A DNA stretch of 17,077 nt from a bacterium (GCA_041946805.1 JBHGBC010000132.1:1-17077); one strand, 5' to 3'; shown: positions 8,343-16,888, counted from the first letter of the stretch. Notes: generated by a model from the letters alone, not told the origin. Program-made: numbers and translations.

Positions 8343-8813
8343 TTACGAGGTGGGATCGGGGATCGTCAAGGTATATACCGGCATGATTTGGAAGGGACGC
8401 ACCCGATGGACGGTAAGCGTGCCATCCGGCTTATAAAACACGACAGATATCAAGCCGGCTTCCAGGCAATGAACCACTCCCGGACTATGGCTGGGGACGT
8501 TGCCGATAGGCTCCACGGCGGTGACGTAGTGGCCCACCTCGATGACCATGTTGCGGTAAACCATGGACGCCTGGCTGGATTTGACTTTTTCCAGCGCATC
8601 GGCCAGTAGGGTCCGGTCTTCCGGGCGGGGGAACGACTGGATGATGAAGCGCAAGCTTTCACCGAGGTGGGTATCCTTGAACTCGGGATACTCGTCGCCC
8701 ACCCGGCCTTCCCGGAGGCAATTCACAATGGCGCACACCGTGGCGTTGGTGTACGAGACGAAGATGGACCAGATGAGGGCCTTGAGATAGAGGAGAAAGT
8801 TCCGGGTGGACAT
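8343..8813 (-). CDS. Hypothetical protein, C-terminal predicted small beta-barrel
   Basis: 156-aa ATG ORF with normal composition that fills the gap between two same-strand genes. No confident family. Confidence 0.7.
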   Translation of the reverse strand: MSTRNFLLYLKALIWSIFVSYTNATVCAIVNCLREGRVGDEYPEFKDTHLGESLRFIIQSFPRPEDRTLLADALEKVKSSQASMVYRNMVIEVGHYVTAVEPIGNVPSHSPGVVHCLEAGLISVVFYKPDGTLTVHRVRPFQIMPVYTLTIPDPTS

Positions 8814-8932
8814 GCTGGATTACCGGTCTATTTCAAAAAGAATGGTAGGGTAAAACTAGTCTAAAGCCCAATCCGGCATTTGACCAAGAGGAATGTACCG
8901 ATGGGGATGCGATTTGATATCAAAATCAATAA

Positions 8933-10414
8933 TCACGCGCTCGTGTGAATCATCCGGCGGAAGTGGCGGGCGGCCAGGAACTTGAAGGTATGCCAGGTAT
9001 GCTTGGGGCGGGAAAGGACCCGCTTGAGCTGGCGGAAATCGTGCAGGGGGCGGGTCAGTTTGTACCAATCCCACTCGCGGTAAGCCATGCGCAGGGCCTT
9101 TTCGAGGTCGTGGCCCGAGAGGGCGTCGGTGCGGATGACGGCCGTGGTCCCGCCATCGTATTGCGACCAATCCTTGGTGAGCAACTTCCCGTCCCGCTCA
9201 AGCATTTGATAGAAGGTGGAACCCGGGAAGGGGGTCATAATGGAGAATTGCACGGTTTCGGGATTGAGCCGCTTGGCGAAGTCGATGGTTTTACGGACCG
9301 TCTCCCAGGTCTCGCCGGGCAGGCCGAAACTGAAGGTGAGGTGCTGGTTGATTCCCAGTTCCCGCGTGACGCACACCATCTCCTCGACCTTCGCGAGGTT
9401 CAGGTTCTTCTGGACATTGTCCACCAGGTCTTGCGAGCCGGATTCGACCCCATACTTGATCGCCATCAGCCCGGCGGCCTTCATGGCTTTCAGGGTTTCG
9501 CGGTCGGAGGTGTCGGCGCGGGACATGGCCGCCCAGGGCAGCTTGAGGCCGCGGCGCTGGATCTCCTCGCACAAGGCCAGGATGCGCTTTTTGCCGATAT
9601 TGAAGGTGTCGTCGTCGAAATAGAAGGAGCGGAAGCCGTATTGCTTGACCATGGCCTCGATCTCGTCCACTACGTCCACCGGGTTGCGCACGCGGTATTG
9701 GTTGTTGCCGTACATGATCTGGGGCCAGGCGCAGAAAGTGCATTTGAAGGGGCAGCCGCGGCTGGACCACATCTGCAAACTGGGTTCGGGAATGCCGCCC
9801 GGGAGATCCCAGTAAGTGAGCATGGGCAAAAAATGGCGCGCGGGCCAGGGGATGGCGTCGAGGTCCTGGATGACGTCGCCCCGGGGATTTTCACGGGCCA
9901 CGCCGTCCTCGCCCCGGTATACCAGGTTGGGAGCCTGGGAAAAATCGCCGTGGTTTTCGATGGCGCGGACCAACGTCTCCACCACCAGGTCGTATTCCCC
10001 TTTCAGAACGAAATCGACGAGAGAATGTTCGTCCAAAAAGCCGGGGCGGTACATATCGAGATGAATCCCGCACAGCACGACGCGGGTTTGGGGGCAGCGG
10101 TCCTTGATGGCCTGGGCCTGGCGCAGATCGGTTTCGAGGGAGGCGGTGGATACTTCGAGCAGGGTGATATCCGGCTGGAAGGCGGCCGCGCGCTGGATGA
10201 ACTCCGGTTCGGGCAGGCGTTCGGCCACGCCGTCGACCAACAAGCATTGATGCCCGGCGCGCTCGAGGATGGCGGTGGCATAGGCCAGGTAAAAGGGAAA
10301 GGGAAGATACTGGTTGCCTTCTTCTTCAAAATGCGGCCAGCGGGATCCGGCCCGGACGCCGTAGTATCCCTCCTTACGCCAAGGTCCGTTGCCGAGAAAT
10401 ATCCGCAAACCCAT
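8933..10414 (-). CDS. B12-binding radical SAM protein (HpnJ/BchE-like)
   Basis: ATG at 10414 with AAGGAG RBS. Motifs RAGSRWP, B12-domain PFYLAYATA and GEYD, CxxxCxxC in SRGCPFKCTFC, FDDDTF, GVESGS, FGLPGET and PFPGS. Confidence 0.92.
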   Translation of the reverse strand: MGLRIFLGNGPWRKEGYYGVRAGSRWPHFEEEGNQYLPFPFYLAYATAILERAGHQCLLVDGVAERLPEPEFIQRAAAFQPDITLLEVSTASLETDLRQAQAIKDRCPQTRVVLCGIHLDMYRPGFLDEHSLVDFVLKGEYDLVVETLVRAIENHGDFSQAPNLVYRGEDGVARENPRGDVIQDLDAIPWPARHFLPMLTYWDLPGGIPEPSLQMWSSRGCPFKCTFCAWPQIMYGNNQYRVRNPVDVVDEIEAMVKQYGFRSFYFDDDTFNIGKKRILALCEEIQRRGLKLPWAAMSRADTSDRETLKAMKAAGLMAIKYGVESGSQDLVDNVQKNLNLAKVEEMVCVTRELGINQHLTFSFGLPGETWETVRKTIDFAKRLNPETVQFSIMTPFPGSTFYQMLERDGKLLTKDWSQYDGGTTAVIRTDALSGHDLEKALRMAYREWDWYKLTRPLHDFRQLKRVLSRPKHTWHTFKFLAARHFRRMIHTSA

Positions 10415-10467
10415 CTGTCTGGCTCCTTCGGTCTTTGTTTCGGCGGCATTCCCGCCCGGAGCGCGGG

Positions 10468-11283
10468 CTACAATACCGCCGGGGATAACAAGAATGAAAT
10501 CATAACTGGAACCGCGGCTACAAAAAGGGAACGGGCGGGGGAGAGTTTTTGTACGCGTTGGAAACCGCGGGCGCATACCACCAGCGATCCGATTTCCGCC
10601 AGAAAGATCCCCACGATGGGAATGAGCCAGAAGCATTGCGCAATCATCGCATAACAGCGGATCTGGAAGGTGGCGATGTAGCCCTCCCGGCCGTGAAACA
10701 GGGTTATCAGCATCTGCTGAAAAATGGACGCGATAATGATGTAATATACCAAATAGCTGATCGGCATTGTAAGAATTTCCAGGTTGGAAAGCGATAGCAG
10801 CCGCTGGCGGTGATCCTGCGGCATTGCAGCGGGCGGTCGTCCCGCTTCTCCAGCCCGCAGCAACAACTCGCCGTGGCTTTCCAGGTTATCGAGCAAGGGC
10901 GGGAAGATGTATTTCAGATGCACAACGTTCATCGGAAACCAAAAGAGCAGGATGCAGGTCACGGCGAATAGCAACGGCGGACCCATTTCCCGGCCGGCAG
11001 GCACGTGGGAAAAAAACAAGGCCGGTTTGAAAAACACTTGGCCGGCGGTCGCGATGAAGGCCTTCACCGGGCCGATCTCCCGCCACCGCCGCCAGGGAAT
11101 CCCCATGCCGGATTCCTCGCGCAGATCGCGGATCAGGCGGACGCGCAGGGTGTACCCGTCCCAGCAAACCTGGCAGAACGGTTCGCCTTCCACATGAATG
11201 ACACACGCGCCGCAGATTCTCTTCCCGCAATGACGGCAGGTATGGAGCGCCTCGTGACGGGAATGGTAGTAGCAACTCTCCAT
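10468..11283 (-). CDS. B-box-type zinc-finger plus YIP1-like membrane protein
   Basis: N-terminal C..H.......C..C....C..C.........C..C, then IPW and several hydrophobic helices with ATFQI.CYA, LIPIVG and GF..V.KLS..R motifs typical of bacterial YIP1 proteins. Confidence 0.8.
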   Translation of the reverse strand: MESCYYHSRHEALHTCRHCGKRICGACVIHVEGEPFCQVCWDGYTLRVRLIRDLREESGMGIPWRRWREIGPVKAFIATAGQVFFKPALFFSHVPAGREMGPPLLFAVTCILLFWFPMNVVHLKYIFPPLLDNLESHGELLLRAGEAGRPPAAMPQDHRQRLLSLSNLEILTMPISYLVYYIIIASIFQQMLITLFHGREGYIATFQIRCYAMIAQCFWLIPIVGIFLAEIGSLVVCARGFQRVQKLSPARSLFVAAVPVMISFLLSPAVL

Positions 11284-11328
11284 CGGATTTCCGTTTCTAT
11301 CCCGGATCGCTCCCGGAACCAGTTCCTT

Positions 11329-11358
11329 ATTCTAAATAATAGCCTACTTTTCGCCCAA
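11329..11358 (-). promoter_or_regulatory. Candidate sigma70 promoter for the B-box/YIP1 gene
   Basis: TTGGGC-N18-TAGAAT about 45 nt upstream of the ATG. The -35 lies inside the inverted repeat CTTTTC-N8-GAAAAG (11347-11366). Confidence 0.35.
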
Positions 11359-11402
11359 GTGAAAAGCACGGGGGGGTGGGGAGGTCGTCGATAGAGAGAT
11401 GT

Positions 11403-12407
11403 TCAGACCGTGGGGCGTGGCCGCGCCGCCTTTTCTTCATCGTACAAAAAGCAGCGCACCGAGCGGTCTTCGATGACGCGCGGGGAGCATTCGCTTTGGC
11501 CACACGGTTCGAATCGGGATTCGCAGCGGGGATGGAACCGGCAACCGGAGGGAAAACGCAAGGGATTGGGGACCGTGCCGGGTATGACGTGCAGTTTGGA
11601 TTGGGAATCGCGGGCCATCGAAGGGATGGAGCGCAGCAGGCCGCGCGTGTAGGGATGGAGGGGATCGGAAAAGATTTGCTCCACGGTCCCTTCCTCCACG
11701 ATCTGCCCGGCGTACATGACCGCCACACGGGCGGCCACTTCGGCGATGACGCCCAGGTCGTGGGTGATGAGAATGATGGACGCGCCGGTGCGTTCCTTCA
11801 GGTCTTCCATGAGGGCGAGGATTTGCGCCTGCACGGTGACATCCAGCGCGGTGGTCGGCTCGTCGGCGATAAGCAGGTCCGGATCGCAGGCCAGGGCCAT
11901 GGCGATCATGATCCGCTGGCGCATGCCGCCGGAGAGCTGGTGAGGATACTCGCGGGCGCGCTGCGGGGCGGCGGGAATGCGGACCTTTTCCATCATCTCC
12001 ACGGCGGCATCGAAGGCCTCGCGGCGCTTCATGTGGCGGTGGATGCGGAAGACTTCGGCGATCTGCTCCCCCACGGTGAAGACCGGATTGAGGGCGGTCA
12101 TCGGCTCCTGGAAGATCATGGAGATCTCGTTGCCGCGGATGGCTCGCATCTCGTGCTCCTTGAGCCGCAGCAAATCTCTTCCCTTGAAGAGGATTTTCCC
12201 CTCGGTGATACGGCCGGGAGGCGAGGGGATCAGCCTCAGGATGGACAGCGAAGTCATGGACTTGCCGCAGCCCGATTCGCCCACCAGGCCCAGGGTCTCG
12301 CCTTGATTCACGTGGAACGAAACGCCGTCCACCGCCCGGCCCACACCCTCGGCGGTGAAAAAGTGGGTGTGCAGGTTCTGAATGTCGAGAAGGGGAAAAT
12401 CCGTCAT
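11403..12407 (-). CDS. oppD: Oligopeptide/dipeptide ABC transporter ATP-binding protein (OppD/DppD-like)
   Basis: Walker [10 protein letters not shown]-loop FQEP, signature LSGGMRQR, Walker [13 protein letters not shown], and C-terminal HPYT and GCRFHPRC. Confidence 0.93.
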   Translation of the reverse strand: MTDFPLLDIQNLHTHFFTAEGVGRAVDGVSFHVNQGETLGLVGESGCGKSMTSLSILRLIPSPPGRITEGKILFKGRDLLRLKEHEMRAIRGNEISMIFQEPMTALNPVFTVGEQIAEVFRIHRHMKRREAFDAAVEMMEKVRIPAAPQRAREYPHQLSGGMRQRIMIAMALACDPDLLIADEPTTALDVTVQAQILALMEDLKERTGASIILITHDLGVIAEVAARVAVMYAGQIVEEGTVEQIFSDPLHPYTRGLLRSIPSMARDSQSKLHVIPGTVPNPLRFPSGCRFHPRCESRFEPCGQSECSPRVIEDRSVRCFLYDEEKAARPRPTV

Positions 12408-12427
12408 GCCGCTTCCTTTTCCGGTCC

Positions 12428-13630
12428 TTAGGGCTTCGTTTCCTGAATGATCTGATTATACAGGCTCACGGTCTGTTCGGCAGTCATCCGCCAGGAGAAG
12501 AGGCCGGCGCGTTCCAGCCCCTGTTGGGCCAGCCGCGCGCGGGTGGTTTCATCTTCCACGAGCGTCCGGATGGCCTCGCGCATGGATTCGATATCCATCG
12601 GATCGAACAACCCCGCCGCGCCGCCCGCGATCTCGCCCAGGGCGGTGGTGGATGAACAGATCACCGGCGTCCCGCACGCCATGGCTTCCAGGACGGGAAA
12701 GCCAAAGCCTTCGATCAGCGAAGGATTGGCCAGCCCCAACGCGGCTTGATACAACTGGACCAGTTCGGCGTCGGTGACAAAATCGAGAAACCGCACGCGA
12801 TTTTCGAGTTTCATCTGGTGGACTTTCTCGAATAGGCTTTCCTCTTTCCAACCCCGGCAGCCGGCGATCACCAGAATGACATCCCGCCCGGGGGATGCTT
12901 CCCCAAACAACGCGAACGCTTCCAAAAAACGCTCCAGGTTGCGCCGTGGGCTGAGCGTGGCGGCGCAGAAGAGATAATGGGGAGAGGGCAGGTCCCAACG
13001 CTTCGCCAAGGACTGCGCCAGCGCCGCGCGGTCCTCCACGGGGTGAAACAGGATTGCATCCACGCCCGAATGGATGACCTGGATCTTCTCCGCGGCGCCG
13101 GGAAACCACTCGCGGATCTGACCGGCGGAATAGTGTGAAACGGTGATGATCCGTTCCGCCCGGCGGATGGCCCGGCGCATCAATAACTGCGACCCCGCCG
13201 TGTCCCGCCAGCGGCAGAAACGCGGGTGAGTGAGGGGTATGATATCGTGCAGCGTGACCACCAGCGGGCAAGCCCGGCGCGCGAACGGCAGCGAAACGCT
13301 GTCCAGCCCATGATAGAGCCGGGGGCGGTATTCGCGCAGGATTCGGGGCAGCGCCGTAAGCAGCCAGGCCGGACGGCTGGGGATGGACGTGGGAACGATT
13401 TGCCACCCTTCAGGCAACACGGGCATGCGGGATTGGCGCAGCTCCTCCTGCCGCGCGTACTGCGGGACTGTGGCGGGCAAGCCGTTGCTTATCAACAGGT
13501 AACGACGCCCGGAATCGGTTTCCGCCAGCGCGCGCAGCAATCCTGCCGTGTAGGTCCCGATCCCTCCCGCGGCGGAGAGGAAGCTGATGTCGAGGGCGAT
13601 GTCGAACGGCGGCCCGGCGGATGGATTCAT
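12428..13630 (-). CDS. Glycosyltransferase family 4 (MtfB/WbdB-like)
   Basis: GGIGTY, VTLHD..P, ITVS, PRRNL and the EX7E motif PSLIEGFGFPVLEAMACGTPV. Confidence 0.93.
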   Translation of the reverse strand: MNPSAGPPFDIALDISFLSAAGGIGTYTAGLLRALAETDSGRRYLLISNGLPATVPQYARQEELRQSRMPVLPEGWQIVPTSIPSRPAWLLTALPRILREYRPRLYHGLDSVSLPFARRACPLVVTLHDIIPLTHPRFCRWRDTAGSQLLMRRAIRRAERIITVSHYSAGQIREWFPGAAEKIQVIHSGVDAILFHPVEDRAALAQSLAKRWDLPSPHYLFCAATLSPRRNLERFLEAFALFGEASPGRDVILVIAGCRGWKEESLFEKVHQMKLENRVRFLDFVTDAELVQLYQAALGLANPSLIEGFGFPVLEAMACGTPVICSSTTALGEIAGGAAGLFDPMDIESMREAIRTLVEDETTRARLAQQGLERAGLFSWRMTAEQTVSLYNQIIQETKP

Positions 13631-13684
13631 TCCCGCTTCCTCTATGCTTAGTTTTACTCAAACATCCTGTTCATGTCATGGAAT

Positions 13685-13771
13685 TTCATCCCCGCAGGGG
13701 ATGAATGTGAATAGCCGTAGGCGATAGCCTACGGTTTCGGAAAGAATCCGTACCAACCCCGTAGGGGGTTG
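13685..13771 (+). repeat. Family C REP-like triple-hairpin cluster
   Basis: TTCATCCCC-GCA-GGGGATGAA (13685-13705), ATAG plus CCGTAGGC-GATA-GCCTACGG (13715-13734), and CAACCCC-GTAG-GGGGTTG (13754-13771). Confidence 0.75.
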
Positions 13772-13825
13772 AATGCGTAACGATTTACCCGAATGCAGAC
13801 CTTTCTCACAGCTTTATACGCGGTA

Positions 13826-13959
13826 TGACGAGGCGGCAAAAAGTGAAAATGATCCTGAAATGTTCCATATGTTGTAGCGCAAGCGTCCCGCCTGCAACAA
13901 TAATCGTATGCAGACACGATGTCTGCACTACAATGAAAAGACTATTTGCCGCCGCGTCA
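13826..13959 (+). mobile_element. MITE-like family B, copy 2
   Basis: 19-bp terminal IR TGACGAGGCGGCAAAAAGT / ACTATTTGCCGCCGCGTCA (17/19). Internal GTAGCGCAAGCGTCCCGCCTGC. No target duplication seen. Confidence 0.78.
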
Positions 13960-13991
13960 GAAACGTTCCTCGGTTTTACCACTCCCGCACC

Positions 13992-14717
13992 CTATTTCTG
14001 TGTTTCCGGTTTTTCCTGCAATAGCGGTTTAACCAGCGATGTCCACAACTTGTACCCTTCGCCGTTCAGGTGCAGGCCGTCGTCGAGAAACAATTCCTTG
14101 CGGGGCTGGCCATCCGGGCCGATCATGGGCGTGTCGGTATCGACAAAAGCCAACCGGGCGTCTTTCCGGGTGAAATCCTGGATCAGGCGGTTGGCTTCAC
14201 GCATTTTATCGATCAGTTTCCACCGCGCGATGCTGGGCTTGATGGCGATGTAAATGATCCGGGTCTGGGGAAGCGCCGCGTGCACTTTTTTCACGAACGC
14301 GGCGTAATCGTTGACCACCTGCTCCGGGCTTTTCCCCGAGTTGATGTCGTTGTCCCCGGCATAAAAGACGATGACGCGCGGCTGGTACGGCAGGACGATG
14401 CGGTCCGCGTAATACAGCGAGTCCTCTACGAACGAGCCGCCGAAACCCCGGTTGATCGCAGTAAGGCCGGGAAAGTATTGATCCAGCTTCCACATCCGGA
14501 TGCTGGAACTCCCCACGAACAGGACCGCCCCTTGGGGCGGCGGGCTGGTTTGGTCTTGTTTCTCGAATTCCTGGATGGTGGATTCCCAGCGCGTGGGTTT
14601 CAGGTTCTCTTCCGCGGAGATCCAGGTGGATAAAACCAGAATAAACAACGAAAGGGAAAGCAGGGTAGTAAATATGGCCGACTTGGTTTTCGTGGCTTGG
14701 TCCGAGTGAGAATGCAT
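13992..14717 (-). CDS. SGNH/GDSL hydrolase family protein, exported
   Basis: AGGAG RBS and an N-terminal hydrophobic signal. Blocks FVGSSS, NRGFGG, YAGDND and DGLH. Confidence 0.92.
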   Translation of the reverse strand: MHSHSDQATKTKSAIFTTLLSLSLFILVLSTWISAEENLKPTRWESTIQEFEKQDQTSPPPQGAVLFVGSSSIRMWKLDQYFPGLTAINRGFGGSFVEDSLYYADRIVLPYQPRVIVFYAGDNDINSGKSPEQVVNDYAAFVKKVHAALPQTRIIYIAIKPSIARWKLIDKMREANRLIQDFTRKDARLAFVDTDTPMIGPDGQPRKELFLDDGLHLNGEGYKLWTSLVKPLLQEKPETQK

Positions 14718-14754
14718 GACCGGATCTCTCCTGTTCTTTTTATAAGGGATTTAT

Positions 14755-14963
14755 GGCTCATCCGGCAAGTGTGTACTTTTTCCAGATCGCCGGATCGCAT
14801 CTCTTCGAAATGATCGATGAAAACCACCCCCAAAATTCCCTCTCCCTCTGGGAGAGGGTTAGGGTGAGGGTATTTTTGCCGGGGCGGACCTTGGTGTCCG
14901 CCCTCATCCCGGAGTGAATGGAATCGATTTTACCTCATTATGTATGCACTTCCCGGATGAACC
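14755..14963 (+). mobile_element. MITE family A, complete 209-bp copy with 8-bp target-site duplication (ISL3-like ends)
   Basis: TIRs GGCTCATCCGGCAAGTGTGTAC (14755-14776) and GTATGCACTTCCCGGATGAACC (14942-14963) match 18/22. Flanked by the perfect direct repeat GGATTTAT at 14747-14754 and 14964-14971. Confidence 0.92.
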
Positions 14964-14977
14964 GGATTTATCAATTA

Positions 14978-15030
14978 CCGTTGAGGATAGGCTACGGTGG
15001 ATTCATCAAAAAACCTATCCCATGGGTAGG
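14978..15030 (+). repeat. Degraded family C cluster
   Basis: CCGTTGAGGATAGGCTACGGT matches 13715-13735 at 17/21 and is followed by the hairpin CCTATCC-CAT-GGGTAGG. Confidence 0.55.
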
Positions 15031-15053
15031 ATATAGGCAAGACTCCTACGCCA

Positions 15054-16832
15054 TTATGAATCGATGTTGTCTTTGATGGAGTGGGCTTCGCTTTGCTCGA
15101 TCCATCCCTGCCTTTCCCCGGTGGAGGAAGCCTTCAGCCGCAGGCGGTACAGGCGGAAGAATCGCCCTTCGCGTATCTGTTCCTTGGTGAAGAAATCGGA
15201 TACCGCCTCCCGCATCGGATCACCCCCGGCGGAATTGGACCGGGGGAAAAACGGGCTGGGCCCGCCTGGTCCTCCTGGACCGGAACTTCCAGGACCACCT
15301 GGTCCGCCAGGTTTCCCTGAACCACCCGGCCCTTCCGGGCGATCCAGAGGCCGCCGGCCGGGAGGTCCGGTGACCGGTTCCCGATCCTCGGGGCGGGGAG
15401 GACCCGGCGGACGGTTTTCCGGCCGATCACGGGTTATCGTCTCCTCGACGGACACCACGGCATCATATTGGTTCCATGTTTTCACGGCCAGGTTGGCCTG
15501 GTTGGTGATCCGCGTCTCCATGGTCCAGGCCACCCACCATTCCAGTCCATGACGGGCCACGGCCAGGGTTTTCCCTTCTGGGAGCGAATCCCGGAATTGC
15601 TTCAGTTCCTGGTATTCATCCCGGGAAAAAGACATGGGCGGCCCGAAGAGCATGGAGAGCAAGCCTCCGGCCACGACCACGGCCGCGGCGGGCAGGCCGA
15701 ATTTCCATCCCCAGGGATAACGCGCCACGATGAAGGCCATGAGGACCAGCGCGGGAACATGCGCCATGAGGACCAACCGGCTGGAAATGTCGAAGTGGAT
15801 CAAGGGGGAACAGAGAAACAACGCGCAGAGGCCCGCCGTTTCCAAAAACTGCAGCGTCACGGGCTCGACGCGGTCCCGTCGGCGGAACACGATTCCCAAA
15901 CCGAGCAGGATCAGGGCGTTTCCCAGCAGGTAGCCTCCGATTTCGGGTGCCGGACCACCCCCCCGGCCGGCCATTAAGCTCAATAAAACCGATTGAGACA
16001 AGAGCCGGTAAGGATAGGTCATGACAAATGCCAGACGGCCTACCCGTACGGGATCGAAATACGACGCCAGAAAGAGCGTGGCGGCCAGAATCGCCGAAAG
16101 GATGACGGCCGCTATTCCGATTTTTTGATACTCTTTCCGCGCCGCCAAGCCGATCAGAAGATACAACCCCGTAAAGCTCAATGTCAAACCGGTCACTCCG
16201 AGATGCGTAAGGCCGATCAACACGAGAAAGATCATGGCCAGCAAATAATTCTTCCGGCCCGGCTCTCGATGCGACATATACATGTAGTAGGCGTAAAAAA
16301 GGAACAACGGCAGCGCGACAGTGTTTTTCTGGAAGTCCCCCGCCATCCGCAATAAGGCATGGTTGCCCACCGCCGCCAGGCCCGTCAAGAACGTGGCGGA
16401 CGCCCAGGTATGACAATACCGCTCCTTCTCCGCGAATTCCCGCGCGTACCAATAGACGGGAATCGCGATTAACACCGGAAGGAATGTATCGGTCAACCGC
16501 GTCGCCAGCACCAACGCGTGTTCCAGGGACATGAACCACGACAATGCCCATCCCGTCAGCGCCTGGAGATAAAACAACAAGGGCAGGTCGGGAAGCGCCG
16601 GCCAGCCCGTGCGCAGGATCGCGCGGGCCTGGACGGGATAGTATCCGCCGTTTGCGCCGGGTGGCAGATCCGGCCCCAGGATGTAGATCCCGCGTAGAAT
16701 CCAGCCCAATAGCAGGACGGACGCCAGGGCCAAGCCGGGTAGAAAACGGGGGGATGACAGATATGAAGATCGGGTGGAAGGCAGGACAGGGAGCTGGGTC
16801 AAGAATGTGTTCTTTCTAAGATGGATTTTCAT
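15054..16832 (-). CDS. Polytopic membrane protein, probable GT-C-fold glycosyltransferase, with a Pro/Gly-rich C-terminal insert
   Basis: About 11-13 hydrophobic segments. The first loop (R..Y......PG.NGGYY..QARAIL.TG...PD.PLLF) and the THLG motif resemble PMT/ArnT-type GT-C proteins. Start is uncertain (ATG 16832 or TTG 16871). Confidence 0.7.
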   Translation of the reverse strand: MKIHLRKNTFLTQLPVLPSTRSSYLSSPRFLPGLALASVLLLGWILRGIYILGPDLPPGANGGYYPVQARAILRTGWPALPDLPLLFYLQALTGWALSWFMSLEHALVLATRLTDTFLPVLIAIPVYWYAREFAEKERYCHTWASATFLTGLAAVGNHALLRMAGDFQKNTVALPLFLFYAYYMYMSHREPGRKNYLLAMIFLVLIGLTHLGVTGLTLSFTGLYLLIGLAARKEYQKIGIAAVILSAILAATLFLASYFDPVRVGRLAFVMTYPYRLLSQSVLLSLMAGRGGGPAPEIGGYLLGNALILLGLGIVFRRRDRVEPVTLQFLETAGLCALFLCSPLIHFDISSRLVLMAHVPALVLMAFIVARYPWGWKFGLPAAAVVVAGGLLSMLFGPPMSFSRDEYQELKQFRDSLPEGKTLAVARHGLEWWVAWTMETRITNQANLAVKTWNQYDAVVSVEETITRDRPENRPPGPPRPEDREPVTGPPGRRPLDRPEGPGGSGKPGGPGGPGSSGPGGPGGPSPFFPRSNSAGGDPMREAVSDFFTKEQIREGRFFRLYRLRLKASSTGERQGWIEQSEAHSIKDNIDS

Positions 16833-16888
16833 ATGAAATCGTAGCAGGCCGGCCCGGGAGGAAATAGACAAACTATCGTTTTATTTGT

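Noticed and set aside
5841..12431. Long plus-strand ORFs (5841-6887, 7362-8609, 8945-10654, 11376-12431)
   Set aside because: They are antisense mirrors of real genes, expected in GC-rich DNA, and have no family motifs.
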